Below, one piece after another: positions 41,115 to 50,228 of a stretch of 64,000 nucleotides of DNA. The notes under the pieces are model-generated. The model did no database searches. It was not told the origin of the DNA and saw only the letters and a list, made by a program, of their open reading frames with translations. The translations under genes were made by a program, and so were the position numbers. The number at the start of each line of letters is the position of its first letter. The first letter of the stretch is position 1. This stretch comes from an uncultured Candidatus Saccharibacteria bacterium (GTDB lineage: Bacteria; Patescibacteriota; Minisyncoccia; Phycocordibacterales; UBA9973), in NCBI GenBank assembly GCA_964423445.1, contig CAYREQ010000001.1, positions 65,732 to 129,731 on the forward strand, given 5' to 3'.

Positions 41115-41855
41115 TTAACCCCACTTTTCTTTTTGATTTTCAATATCGCTAGGAATAAAATCTCCTGTATTTTGATTTACTTTTGGTCTCAAAAAATATA
41201 GCCTCCTGTTTTCATTATCGAAATATATGTCATCACCTATAATCCTAGAAGTTTTTGGTCCATTTATAACTATCGGCTCAAATCCTAATGACCCCGAAGT
41301 CTCTTTACCAAGTAGATCAATTGATGTTTTATATGTTTCCATTACTTGAAAATTATCAAGTTCTGTATCTGTATAAAAAATACCACCAACTATCACAGCA
41401 TCTATTGTACCTTCTCTACATTTTTCCTTTATTTCCTTAATTTTTTCTTTCAAATCATTTTTAAATTTTTCTTTATCATCTAGTAAGAATTTAAAAGGGT
41501 CTTGGTGACTAACGAAAGAAATATTTTTACCAGTAGTTTTATCAATTCCTGAAACAATTAATCCAGTACATCTATGGAATTTTTTTGAAAATTTATCAGC
41601 GTCATTTATCTCAGATATTACGTATGTTTTTTCTCCAGCGTTTAAGAATTTATCTTGAGCAAGCTTATCTTTTGAACTATCTATGTCTATAAATTGTGCA
41701 TTTTTTAATTTTAAATCTATCTCATATTCTGGTGCATTTTTAGGATATGGGTCTTTTATGCCAAAATCTTCAAAAGAACCCACACAAGCAATTATAGGTT
41801 TTACTCCTTCGATTAAGTGTTTGTTTTTATTTTCAAAATTAAAATTTTCGTTCAT
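41115..41855 (-). CDS. Uncharacterised Cys-His protein, putative CheD/CNF1/YfiH-like fold (paralog B)
   Basis: FHRCTGLIV...ISFVSHQ...IDAVIVGG; paralog of 37421-38122. Confidence 0.6.
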   Translation of the reverse strand: MNENFNFENKNKHLIEGVKPIIACVGSFEDFGIKDPYPKNAPEYEIDLKLKNAQFIDIDSSKDKLAQDKFLNAGEKTYVISEINDADKFSKKFHRCTGLIVSGIDKTTGKNISFVSHQDPFKFLLDDKEKFKNDLKEKIKEIKEKCREGTIDAVIVGGIFYTDTELDNFQVMETYKTSIDLLGKETSGSLGFEPIVINGPKTSRIIGDDIYFDNENRRLYFLRPKVNQNTGDFIPSDIENQKEKWG

Positions 41856-41895
41856 AAATACTATATTTATATTATATTATATATCTTTAAATACG

Positions 41896-41930
41896 AAAAA
41901 TGGCACACCCTCCTAGCAGGTGTGCCAAAA
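41896..41930 (-). terminator. Intrinsic terminator
   Basis: TGGCACACC...GGTGTGCCA stem with A/T tracts. Confidence 0.8.
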
Positions 41931-41951
41931 TATTATACCGAGCTCAAATTA

Positions 41952-42152
41952 TCAACCCTTACTTTTGAATTTTCTTTCGAGGTCTTGCAATGCTTCCTCG
42001 ATGGTAAATCCAGTTCCTGACAGGTTGTATTTTGAGTGATATAGAGAAAAACAGTTTTCTTTTATCAAAAGAACAGCTCCGTTCAACTCCTGACATTCTT
42101 CAGGAATCATACGAACACCTTGGTCTGACTCGAATTTTTCTGTGTTTGCCAT
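41952..42152 (-). CDS. Small orphan protein
   Basis: 66 aa; GGAGG SD; TTGCTT-16-TATAGT promoter; own terminator. Confidence 0.7.
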   Translation of the reverse strand: MANTEKFESDQGVRMIPEECQELNGAVLLIKENCFSLYHSKYNLSGTGFTIEEALQDLERKFKSKG

Positions 42153-42262
42153 TTAGGTATTCCCTCCGACGAAACTATACCAATTTTTTTGAAAAAAGCA
42201 AGATATATCAGTAATTTAATATATAAAATATTTTTTATGCTATAATCCAAAATAATTTATAT

Positions 42263-42781
42263 ATGAAGACAAATTTAAGATATGAGGAAAAATATGATTT
42301 GGTTGATTTCAAAGATCGTATAATAAAAACAGGAACAAAGAAAGATGCCCTTAAACTCAAGCTCTTTTTTAGGTGCGTCCATATTTTACTTGCAAATAAA
42401 GATGGAGAACTAATGCTTTCCAAAAGACCACCCACTGTATTTAATTATCCAAATAAAATTTCCTCTTCTGCAGGCGGGCATGTGGACCTTGGAGAAAATT
42501 ATAAAATTGCAGCACAAAGAGAACTCAAAGAAGAACTAGGTATCTATACACCAATTAAAGATATCGGAAGGTTTGACGTAATTACTCCAAAGGAAAGGAC
42601 TATCCATCATTTATTTATAGGTAAATATAAAAAAGTAATAGCAGACCCAAGAGAAATAAGTAGTTTTCATTTTTTATCTCCTAAGGCTATAAAAAAAGAT
42701 ATAAAATTATTTCCTAGAAAATATGCAAAATCTTTCCATCAAGCATTTAAGTGTTATCAAAAATATATCAATAATATTTAA
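42263..42781 (+). CDS. NUDIX hydrolase (IDI/YfcD-like)
   Basis: GGHVDLGENYKIAAQRELKEELG Nudix box. Confidence 0.9.
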   Translation: MKTNLRYEEKYDLVDFKDRIIKTGTKKDALKLKLFFRCVHILLANKDGELMLSKRPPTVFNYPNKISSSAGGHVDLGENYKIAAQRELKEELGIYTPIKDIGRFDVITPKERTIHHLFIGKYKKVIADPREISSFHFLSPKAIKKDIKLFPRKYAKSFHQAFKCYQKYINNI

Positions 42782-42784
42782 AAT

Positions 42785-43762
42785 ATGAAAAAGATAGTCA
42801 CAGTAGGCGGAGGCACAGGAAGCTATACGGTGTTATCTGGGTTGAAAAATCTGCCAGACGTGTCTTTGACTGCGCTCGTGTCTATGGCTGACGATGGAGG
42901 CTCTACGGGAGTCCTAATGGACGAGCTAGGTGTATTGCCTGCTGGTGATGTGAGGCAGTGCTTGGTAGCTTTGAGTGAGCATAGTGATATAGTGCGCGAA
43001 CTCATGAATTATAGATTTAGTGAAGGAAAACTAGACGGGCATAGCTTTGGAAATATTTTTCTCGCAGCATTAGAAAAAGTGACTGGGGATTTTGTGCAAG
43101 GCGTAGAAGTGGCCTCAGGTATTTTAAAGGTCAAAGGCTCTGTGATACCCGTCACTAGAAATGTAGCAAAATTAGCTATTATGCTCTCTGATGGAAAGAT
43201 AATTGAAGGAGAAAATAAAATTAATCATTCTGAAATTCAAGAAGTAGGTATCGATAAGATTTTTTATCAAGACAATGTAGATATAAATGAACATGCTAAG
43301 ACTGCCCTATTAAATGCAGACTATGTGATATTGGGACCTGGAAATTATTATTGCTCACTTGTACCAAACTTGATAGTAAATGGCTTTAAAGAAGCTATAA
43401 GTAAAAGCAAAGCAAAAATAATATTACCTGTAAACCTGACAAATAAACATGGACATACGATAAACTGGAAAAGTATAGATTATCTGGAAGATATAGAAAA
43501 ATATATTGGTAAAAAAGTAGATATCATTTTAATAAATAACGAAGATCCATCTGAAGAGCAGATAAAAATCTACAAACTCCAAGAGGGTGATGGTGTGCTC
43601 GTAGAAGATAATATAAAAGACGAAAGAGTCATGACAGAACCGCTATTATCAAATTCTCTAGTTTCTTTTAATAAAGCAGATAAGATACAAGGAGTCAGAA
43701 GTTTTATCAGACATGACTCTCAAAAATTAGCTAATTGTATAAAAAAAATAATTGAAAATTAA
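42785..43762 (+). CDS. YvcK/UPF0052 (CofD-like) protein
   Basis: GGGTG, DDGGSTG, GDVRQC, GHSFGN, GPG, RHD. Confidence 0.93.
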   Translation: MKKIVTVGGGTGSYTVLSGLKNLPDVSLTALVSMADDGGSTGVLMDELGVLPAGDVRQCLVALSEHSDIVRELMNYRFSEGKLDGHSFGNIFLAALEKVTGDFVQGVEVASGILKVKGSVIPVTRNVAKLAIMLSDGKIIEGENKINHSEIQEVGIDKIFYQDNVDINEHAKTALLNADYVILGPGNYYCSLVPNLIVNGFKEAISKSKAKIILPVNLTNKHGHTINWKSIDYLEDIEKYIGKKVDIILINNEDPSEEQIKIYKLQEGDGVLVEDNIKDERVMTEPLLSNSLVSFNKADKIQGVRSFIRHDSQKLANCIKKIIEN

Positions 43763-43763
43763 T

Positions 43764-44306
43764 ATGAAATATATTTTTGATTTTGATGATGTTTTGTTTT
43801 ATACAAGTAAAAAATTTATTGAATACGAGTATAGTGTTTTGGCAAAAGTTGGCGTATCACCTCTCCATATACAAAAATACTATCAAGAAATAAAAACTAA
43901 CAATAAAACTTTCTCATTTAAAGATATGTTTGAATATTTATCAATACCAGAAAAATTTTATATTGAAATAATGAGTTCTTGTAAAAATTTCGTAAATGAA
44001 GATTTGATATATTTAATAAAAAAGATAGGTAAAGAAAATTGTTTTATTGTGACTTATGGAGACGAAGATTTTCAAAAAGAAAAAATAAAATATTCAGATA
44101 TAGAAGATTTGTTTTCTGAGATCACAGTAGTGCAAGGAACAAAAAAAGATACAGTAGAGAAGATTTGTTTAAAATACAAAGATGAGAAGGTCTTATTTAT
44201 AGATGATAAACAAGAGCATTTTGATAATTTAGATATGAAAAAATACCCTAATTTAAAGACTATACTTTACATAGGGCAAGATCTTAAATCTGTACTCCTT
44301 CCTTAG
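43764..44306 (+). CDS. HAD superfamily hydrolase
   Basis: FDFDDVL motif I, VTYG, QKEK, FIDD. Confidence 0.85.
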   Translation: MKYIFDFDDVLFYTSKKFIEYEYSVLAKVGVSPLHIQKYYQEIKTNNKTFSFKDMFEYLSIPEKFYIEIMSSCKNFVNEDLIYLIKKIGKENCFIVTYGDEDFQKEKIKYSDIEDLFSEITVVQGTKKDTVEKICLKYKDEKVLFIDDKQEHFDNLDMKKYPNLKTILYIGQDLKSVLLP

Positions 44307-44577
44307 CTAGTAATGCTATTTTTGTTTTTATACCACCTTTGCCGGAGTATCCACCGAGCTTGCCGTCACTCCTGATGACTCTATGGCAAGGGATGATTGG
44401 TGCACATGGATTTGCTCCCACTGCATTTGCTACAGCTCGCACAGCCCTTGGCTTACCTATACTTTTTGCGAGTTCTTTATAAGTTGCCACCTTCCCCCTT
44501 GGAATCTTTAAAAGTCCGCTCCAGACAAGCTTTTGAAATTTGGTACCTTTTAATTTTTCTAAATTTATTTTGACCAT
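44284..44577 (-). CDS. O6-methylguanine-DNA methyltransferase, C-terminal domain only
   Basis: IPRG...TY, RAVA, PCHRV active site. Confidence 0.92.
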   Translation of the reverse strand: MVKINLEKLKGTKFQKLVWSGLLKIPRGKVATYKELAKSIGKPRAVRAVANAVGANPCAPIIPCHRVIRSDGKLGGYSGKGGIKTKIALLAKEGVQI

Positions 44578-45674
44578 TATTTTATATTTATAGTAAGTGT
44601 TCCTGTGGTGTCAGAATCTACGGCGAGGAAACGCTTACGCCCTATTATGAGTCCGTCCTCTGTCTTTATATTCACTCTCCACTTTCCAGCTATCAAAGCT
44701 GATTTTTTTGAATATGTCCTAAAGCCACCATCTCTGCCACCAAATACTGGTAACCTTATTATACTCTCAGTCTCCCATCTTTTTTGTATTTCATCATAGT
44801 GTTGCCACTCATGAATAATAGTAAGATTTAAATCTTTTGGCGAAAAGACCGCAGAGTATACATATGCCGGCATTCCCGGTACTAATTTAAATTCTGGATA
44901 AATTTTAAAATAATCTCTCCAGCCATGATCTTCATAAGTGACTTCATATCCTGCACTTGTCTTTTGTACCATATTGTAAACCCCAGCATCTTTTAGAGAT
45001 AGAGGTATAGGTGGAATTAAGTTTGTGAAATATAAGATATTAATAAGAGCAAAGATACCTAAAATCATAGAAAATATCATTTTCTTCCCTTCATATCTCT
45101 GTTTTTTAATTTTGTCTTTTATGAAATAAAACAAAGAAGAAACAAATATACTAATGATGCCTAGGCTTATAGCTCCGCCCAATAGAAAAACTTCAGTACC
45201 GATTTTATGTAAAAGAATTGGAAGTAAGAATATCGCAAAAGAATATATTGAGATAAAGAATAAACTTATTTGAAAGCTGAGTCTTACATAGTGCCTCTTT
45301 AGTGATTCGTTTGCTATAAAAGCGAGTGCTAGTAATAAGATAAAAGGCCAAGAAGAAGAAATCTCAGTGCTTCTAAAGTATAAGACTAGGTATGCAGAAA
45401 GTGTACCTCCGAAAAAGAATTGTAATATGTTTACGTACCAAAAATGAACCTTACTAGGATTTTTTTCATCTCCTTCTTCTAATTCTCTAATATGTATGAG
45501 AATTATAAAAATACCAATCACTACAAGATGAGCTAAAATCCAAATATTTTCAAAAACTGTATCTACCCGTCTTAGGGTAATAGCATCAAAAACGAATCCA
45601 AGCACAAGAGACAAGGATGATATGGGTCGCTCATAGCGACCATAAAAATTTAAAATTGGTTTTACTATTGCCAT
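44577..45674 (-). CDS. Polytopic membrane protein with DUF2914-like C-terminal domain
   Basis: Multiple TMs; GGRDGGFRTYS...GKWRV. Confidence 0.8.
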   Translation of the reverse strand: MAIVKPILNFYGRYERPISSLSLVLGFVFDAITLRRVDTVFENIWILAHLVVIGIFIILIHIRELEEGDEKNPSKVHFWYVNILQFFFGGTLSAYLVLYFRSTEISSSWPFILLLALAFIANESLKRHYVRLSFQISLFFISIYSFAIFLLPILLHKIGTEVFLLGGAISLGIISIFVSSLFYFIKDKIKKQRYEGKKMIFSMILGIFALINILYFTNLIPPIPLSLKDAGVYNMVQKTSAGYEVTYEDHGWRDYFKIYPEFKLVPGMPAYVYSAVFSPKDLNLTIIHEWQHYDEIQKRWETESIIRLPVFGGRDGGFRTYSKKSALIAGKWRVNIKTEDGLIIGRKRFLAVDSDTTGTLTINIK

Positions 45675-45676
45675 AT

Positions 45677-46111
45677 TTATGCGTCAAACTGGTCAACTTT
45701 TTTCTTTTTTATATGAGGAATTCTAGGTACAACTATAGTGATAAGACTAGAGAATATTGCCATAAAATAAAATCCAAATCCTATAGACATGCCTATAGCT
45801 CCAGCAAACCAAATACTAGCTGCTGTAGTCAAATTTTTTACATTAGCACCTTCTTTCAAGATAAGCCCAGCACCAAGGAAACCAATTCCAGAAACAATCT
45901 GAGCAGCTATTCTAGATTTTGAAGCTGGGTCTACAATACCAGAAAGAAAAGTAAAAAGCATAGCCCCTGTAAGAACTAAAATATGAGTACTAATACCAGC
46001 ATCTTTGCCTCTACTTTCACGCTCAGCTCCAATTAAATAGCCCAATACCACAGCTAATAATATATTTATAATAAAAATTGTATTTATATTTGTGAAAATA
46101 AAATTGTACAT
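45677..46111 (-). CDS. MgtC/SapB family protein
   Basis: IGAERE, AGISTH, RIAAQIVSGIGFLGAG, LTTAASIW. Confidence 0.93.
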   Translation of the reverse strand: MYNFIFTNINTIFIINILLAVVLGYLIGAERESRGKDAGISTHILVLTGAMLFTFLSGIVDPASKSRIAAQIVSGIGFLGAGLILKEGANVKNLTTAASIWFAGAIGMSIGFGFYFMAIFSSLITIVVPRIPHIKKKKVDQFDA

Positions 46112-46132
46112 AAAAATATTATAACATTTATG

Positions 46133-46441
46133 TTATTTTTTAGTGAATCTATCTTTATCTCTGTTTCTAGATTTTTGAATTACTTTTTCTAATTCAGTGT
46201 CTAAATTTATTTTATGTGAATTTGCTAGACATATAAGGGCAAACATGACGTCTGCTATTTCTTCACCCAGATCTTGCTCAGCCTCAGTCACCTTCTTTGG
46301 CTTTGAGCCATATATATGATTTAAAATTCTTCCAACTTCACCTACTTCTTCGGCTACACGAGCAAAAATAGAAAGCGGAGGCCAATATGGCTCAGCATAA
46401 CCCTGCACCCATTCATCTATAGCTTTTTGGTATTTATCCAT
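46133..46441 (-). CDS. MazG-like nucleotide pyrophosphohydrolase (YpjD type)
   Basis: EEVGEV...EEIAD; RDKDRF C-terminus. Confidence 0.9.
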   Translation of the reverse strand: MDKYQKAIDEWVQGYAEPYWPPLSIFARVAEEVGEVGRILNHIYGSKPKKVTEAEQDLGEEIADVMFALICLANSHKINLDTELEKVIQKSRNRDKDRFTKK

Positions 46442-46468
46442 AAATTTATTATATCATTATATATTCTT

Positions 46469-47122
46469 CTATTTAAATCTTGAAGAATAAGAACCTTTTT
46501 CCATATCCCCTATTCCTTTTATTTCAGAATCTTGCTCTATTGTGTCACCTAGTATCATTTTAAATCCTTGCTCTCTGTAGAAATTTTTTATTGAATCATA
46601 TTCTTCATCATAGATTACACTCTCTGCAGATATTGGAATAAAACAAAGTCCAGTAGATTCTTTAAAAATTTTTATTGCTCGTGGGAGATGATAAAAATTT
46701 GTCAAAATACCAATATCATTTAAATCAGTGATATTTTTTTCTATAAAATATTTTTTGATTTCTTTCGCATTACCTTTGGTATTTGAGACAGATTTTAAGG
46801 CCGTTAAGTTTTCTTTAGGGATTTCGTAATTATTTACGAGAGAATGATGCATCACTTCTACTTTTGATATAGTCTTGCCCGTGTTTCCGATAAAGGCTGT
46901 CTTCTTGCCATCTTTTATTATTTCCACTTCACCACCGACTAAAATAAAATCTGAACAAGCCCCATCTGAAAATAGCTTTTTTATAGCTTTGAAACAAAAT
47001 TCATCTGGGTCACCTTCTATGGTGTAAGAAAAATTTTCTTTTTCATTTTGAAATTTTTTTAACCCATCATCACTTTGCTTTACACCACGTGATAAGACAA
47101 TTATTTTCGTATATTTTTTCAT
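46469..47122 (-). CDS. YdcF/DUF218-like protein
   Basis: LVGG, NTKGNA, TNFYHLPRA. Confidence 0.7.
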   Translation of the reverse strand: MKKYTKIIVLSRGVKQSDDGLKKFQNEKENFSYTIEGDPDEFCFKAIKKLFSDGACSDFILVGGEVEIIKDGKKTAFIGNTGKTISKVEVMHHSLVNNYEIPKENLTALKSVSNTKGNAKEIKKYFIEKNITDLNDIGILTNFYHLPRAIKIFKESTGLCFIPISAESVIYDEEYDSIKNFYREQGFKMILGDTIEQDSEIKGIGDMEKGSYSSRFK

Positions 47123-47136
47123 CTGGACAGTATAAC

Positions 47137-47175
47137 AAAAAACCAGCGAAGCTTGTAATAGCTTCGCTGGTTTTT
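47137..47175 (-). terminator. Intrinsic terminator
   Basis: AAAAACCAGCGAAGCT...AGCTTCGCTGGTTTTT. Confidence 0.88.
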
Positions 47176-47187
47176 AAATTATTTTTA

Positions 47188-47856
47188 TTATCTCGCTACT
47201 ATTTGCAAAGATAATTTTACGTCCTTACTGACATTTGATAGAAATGGAAGGTCTGGTACAGATATTCCAAAGTCTTCATATTTTAATGTAGTAGAAGCTT
47301 TTACAGTCAATTTACCATCTGTAGCCATAGTAGCTTCTCCGGCAAATGCTACAGGTTTTGTTTTTCCAGCAATTTTTAAATCCCCAGTTATCTTTACTGG
47401 GACACTCTCTCCTAGAGATTTTTCTGGAGAACCTTCCACACTAGTCATTTCAAATGTGATAGTTTCATTTCCAGGCTCATCAGTTCTCAAGACCATCTTT
47501 TTTACATTTGTGTCTCGTAGTTCTTTGTCTGTTTTAAATGAATTTGCGTCGATAGATATCGTAGCACTCTCTGCTATTTTTGTGTCTTTGTTTAATACAA
47601 TATTTCCAGAGATAGCATTACTTTCTCCTGTAACATGGGTAGGCTTACCACTTAGAACCTCATCTATTTCATAAGTAGCTTTTGATTCTTCGGCTACAAT
47701 TATGAGAGAGCCCATCTCTTTATTTTCATTTTCTACTTTTACCTCTTCCTCTACTAGGGGTTCATTTAGAGTAGCTTTCTTATTTGAATTACTAATATAC
47801 CAAACACCTAATACTGCTACTAAAACAAGCAAAACGATAATCAAATTTTTCTTCAT
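47188..47856 (-). CDS. YceI family protein
   Basis: N-terminal TM; TD..LRD, GDLKIAGKTKPV, DFGI. Confidence 0.88.
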   Translation of the reverse strand: MKKNLIIVLLVLVAVLGVWYISNSNKKATLNEPLVEEEVKVENENKEMGSLIIVAEESKATYEIDEVLSGKPTHVTGESNAISGNIVLNKDTKIAESATISIDANSFKTDKELRDTNVKKMVLRTDEPGNETITFEMTSVEGSPEKSLGESVPVKITGDLKIAGKTKPVAFAGEATMATDGKLTVKASTTLKYEDFGISVPDLPFLSNVSKDVKLSLQIVAR

Positions 47857-47921
47857 ATTTTTTATATGTTAACTAATAAATAATTCTATAATGATAGCAT
47901 TTTTTAGCGAGAAATAAAATG

Positions 47922-48278
47922 CTAAATTTTCTCTTCTTTTAAGCGGAATTTTATTATCTTTGTGATAAGTGTGATAGGTAGTGATTTATCATAGGCAAAC
48001 CTGATACAACCTTTTGAGTAGCTGATATTGTATTTTTTGAGGTCACTTTCAAATGCTTTCACACCAGATGGCGCGGGGTAAAATCCTAAATGCCCTTTCA
48101 TCGCAGCGAAATGAATAAAGTTTTTGCCATTTAGCTCAATCGTCGGCATGCCATATTTTATACTTTCTTTACCTTTTGGTATGAGCTTTTTGGTAATAGC
48201 TCGCATTTCTTTTATTTTTGGTAAAAAATCTTTAGGAACATCTTTGATGTATTCATTTATATTTTTGTATATTTTCAT
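47922..48278 (-). CDS. DUF1801 (YdhG-like) protein
   Basis: ESIKYGMP, HFAA...HLGFYP, SKG.IRF. Confidence 0.85.
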   Translation of the reverse strand: MKIYKNINEYIKDVPKDFLPKIKEMRAITKKLIPKGKESIKYGMPTIELNGKNFIHFAAMKGHLGFYPAPSGVKAFESDLKKYNISYSKGCIRFAYDKSLPITLITKIIKFRLKEEKI

Positions 48279-48299
48279 GCCTATATATTTAAAAAAATG

Positions 48300-48370
48300 C
48301 TGGGAGACTAGGAATCGAACCTAGATTAAAGGCTTCAAAGGCCTCTGTCCTACCGTTAGACGATCTCCCA
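48300..48370 (-). tRNA. tRNA-Gln (UUG), CCA not encoded
   Basis: Cloverleaf TGGGAGA...TCTCCCA-G; anticodon loop CTTTGAA; TTCGATT T-loop. Confidence 0.95.
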
Positions 48371-48424
48371 ATGGGTCTAAAACACTTTAATTTATATCAT
48401 AAATTCTAATAAAAATCTATATAT

Positions 48425-48576
48425 AAAAGAAAACCCCGACACCTAAGTCATAGGTTGTCGGAGCGTGTAGACACGATTGTGTCTATGATAAAGGTTCATC
48501 GGGAAGGTATTCCGCTTTCTGGTCCTATGTTGAACCACTGTAGCCCGGGCGACATGCGAAACCATCCCCGATGAAC
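48425..48576 (-). ncRNA. Candidate structured small RNA, family unknown
   Basis: TTTACA-17-TATATT promoter with predicted +1 at the first base of an 83-nt rod (GTTCATCGGG...CCCGATGAAC); hairpin 48468-48485; terminator 48425-48461. Confidence 0.6.
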
Positions 48577-48651
48577 GAAATAAATATATAGTAAATATTA
48601 AAAAATGTAAAGCTAAAACTAAAATATAAATTTTTTGGTACAATACATATT

Positions 48652-49161
48652 ATGATAATTAAAAAATATAAATTTCTCTTGGCGGTCGTAGTCACCCTTT
48701 GTTTATTTTTGTTTTTAAATTTTGGATATTTTATATACACAAATTGGCGTAACTTTTTACCAAAGAAGACTATGCCCCTCGTACCTAAACCCGCAGATAA
48801 AGTTTATGAAAATCAAAAATTTGGATTTGAATTAAAATATCCACCGACATGGGTTTTACAAGAAAAAGAAAATATTATAGAGATAAATCCTCCAGCAGAA
48901 AAAAATCCATATAATAGTGTTTACTTTACAATTTCTGCTCGAGAAGAATTTTCATCATTGGATGAAGTAAAAGAAGTATTATCAAATTCCACTACCTTTA
49001 TACCTCTTGAGTCACCGCAAATAAAAGGTTTTAAATATAATGATGGAGGATATCATGAAGTTGTCTGGTTTAAAAACAAGGAAATGGTCTATGTCGTTAG
49101 AAAATTTTCTACAAGCGGAGATGCTGATAAAATTTTTGAGAGTTTAAAATTTAAAGAATAA
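48652..49161 (+). CDS. Membrane-anchored exported protein (PsbP-like motif)
   Basis: N-terminal TM; YENQKFGFELKYPPTW; IFESLKF terminus. Confidence 0.7.
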   Translation: MIIKKYKFLLAVVVTLCLFLFLNFGYFIYTNWRNFLPKKTMPLVPKPADKVYENQKFGFELKYPPTWVLQEKENIIEINPPAEKNPYNSVYFTISAREEFSSLDEVKEVLSNSTTFIPLESPQIKGFKYNDGGYHEVVWFKNKEMVYVVRKFSTSGDADKIFESLKFKE

Positions 49162-49169
49162 AAATTAGT

Positions 49170-50219
49170 CTATTCTTTACCTAAAATTTTTATGAGAGCG
49201 AGTTCTAGTGGTAGCTCGGCTATAAATGCATTTTCTATATTTTGATATTCAGCAAGTAGTATGGATAGTGCTTCAGAGCGAAACATTCCATTTTTATCTT
49301 CTTTTACTAAATTTTGTAAAAATTCCATATCAGCTTCACCCACATCTCCTGCCATCTGCTCTTTTAATTTTGGAGCATAACGCAATATGATAGCTACTCG
49401 GAATTTTGTGATAATTAATTTGAAATATAATTTCATATCTAGGCCTTCAGCTGAAGCTTTACCCACCACAGATATTCCCTCTTCCAGTTCACTTTTTGCT
49501 ATAGCAGACAGAAAATCATTTACGAGCGATGTTTTTGGAGCACCTGTTATTTTTTCTACATCTTCCCTTTTTATTTTTTTACTTTTGCTAAAGTTTAAAA
49601 CTTTTTGTAGTTCACCTAGAGCATTTCGGAAAGATCCATCAGCTAGTATAGCCAAGAGCTCGGCAGAGCCAGAATCTAATTCAAAACCTTCTTTTTTGCC
49701 GACATCGAGAAGCATTTTTTTACAGATCGCATCTGTGGCTTTTCGGAAAGTGAAAACTTGGCAACGAGAAATGATAGTCTCTGGGACTTTGTGAAATTCT
49801 GTAGTCGCTAAAATAAATATCACATGCTTTGGTGGCTCTTCCAATGTCTTGAGTAATGCACCCCAAGCATCTTTTGATAGCATGTGCACCTCATCTATGA
49901 TGTAGATTTTATATTTTGAATCAAAAGGCAATACTCGGGTACCATCGCGGAGTTCTTTTATGTCTTCTATTCCTCTGTTACTAGCGGCGTCTATTTCATA
50001 AAGATCATTTGCTGATACTCCGATACTGTTTGCAAAAATACGAGCCACCGAAGTCTTACCTGTACCACGAGAGCCTACAAAAAGATATGCATGAGAGACT
50101 TTATTTGTCTTTACAGAACTCTCTAGGACGCTGACGACATGGTCTTGACCCAATACTTCATCAAAGTTCTTTGGGCGATATTTTCTATACAATGCTAAGC
50201 TTGTTTCATCTTTTGACAT
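49170..50219 (-). CDS. dnaX: DNA polymerase III gamma/tau (short form)
   Basis: LYRKYRP, GSRGTGKT, EIDAAS, IDEVHML, SRC. Confidence 0.96.
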   Translation of the reverse strand: MSKDETSLALYRKYRPKNFDEVLGQDHVVSVLESSVKTNKVSHAYLFVGSRGTGKTSVARIFANSIGVSANDLYEIDAASNRGIEDIKELRDGTRVLPFDSKYKIYIIDEVHMLSKDAWGALLKTLEEPPKHVIFILATTEFHKVPETIISRCQVFTFRKATDAICKKMLLDVGKKEGFELDSGSAELLAILADGSFRNALGELQKVLNFSKSKKIKREDVEKITGAPKTSLVNDFLSAIAKSELEEGISVVGKASAEGLDMKLYFKLIITKFRVAIILRYAPKLKEQMAGDVGEADMEFLQNLVKEDKNGMFRSEALSILLAEYQNIENAFIAELPLELALIKILGKE

Positions 50220-50228
50220 AAAAACATT

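Noticed and set aside
48494-48576. SRP (4.5S) RNA, suggested by the rod shape and proximity to dnaX
   Set aside because: No GNRA-capped domain IV with the CAGG/AGCA internal loop on either strand
48443-48740. ORFs 48443-48643 and 48525-48740
   Set aside because: They cross promoter and structured RNA sequence and overlap the better-supported 48652 gene region
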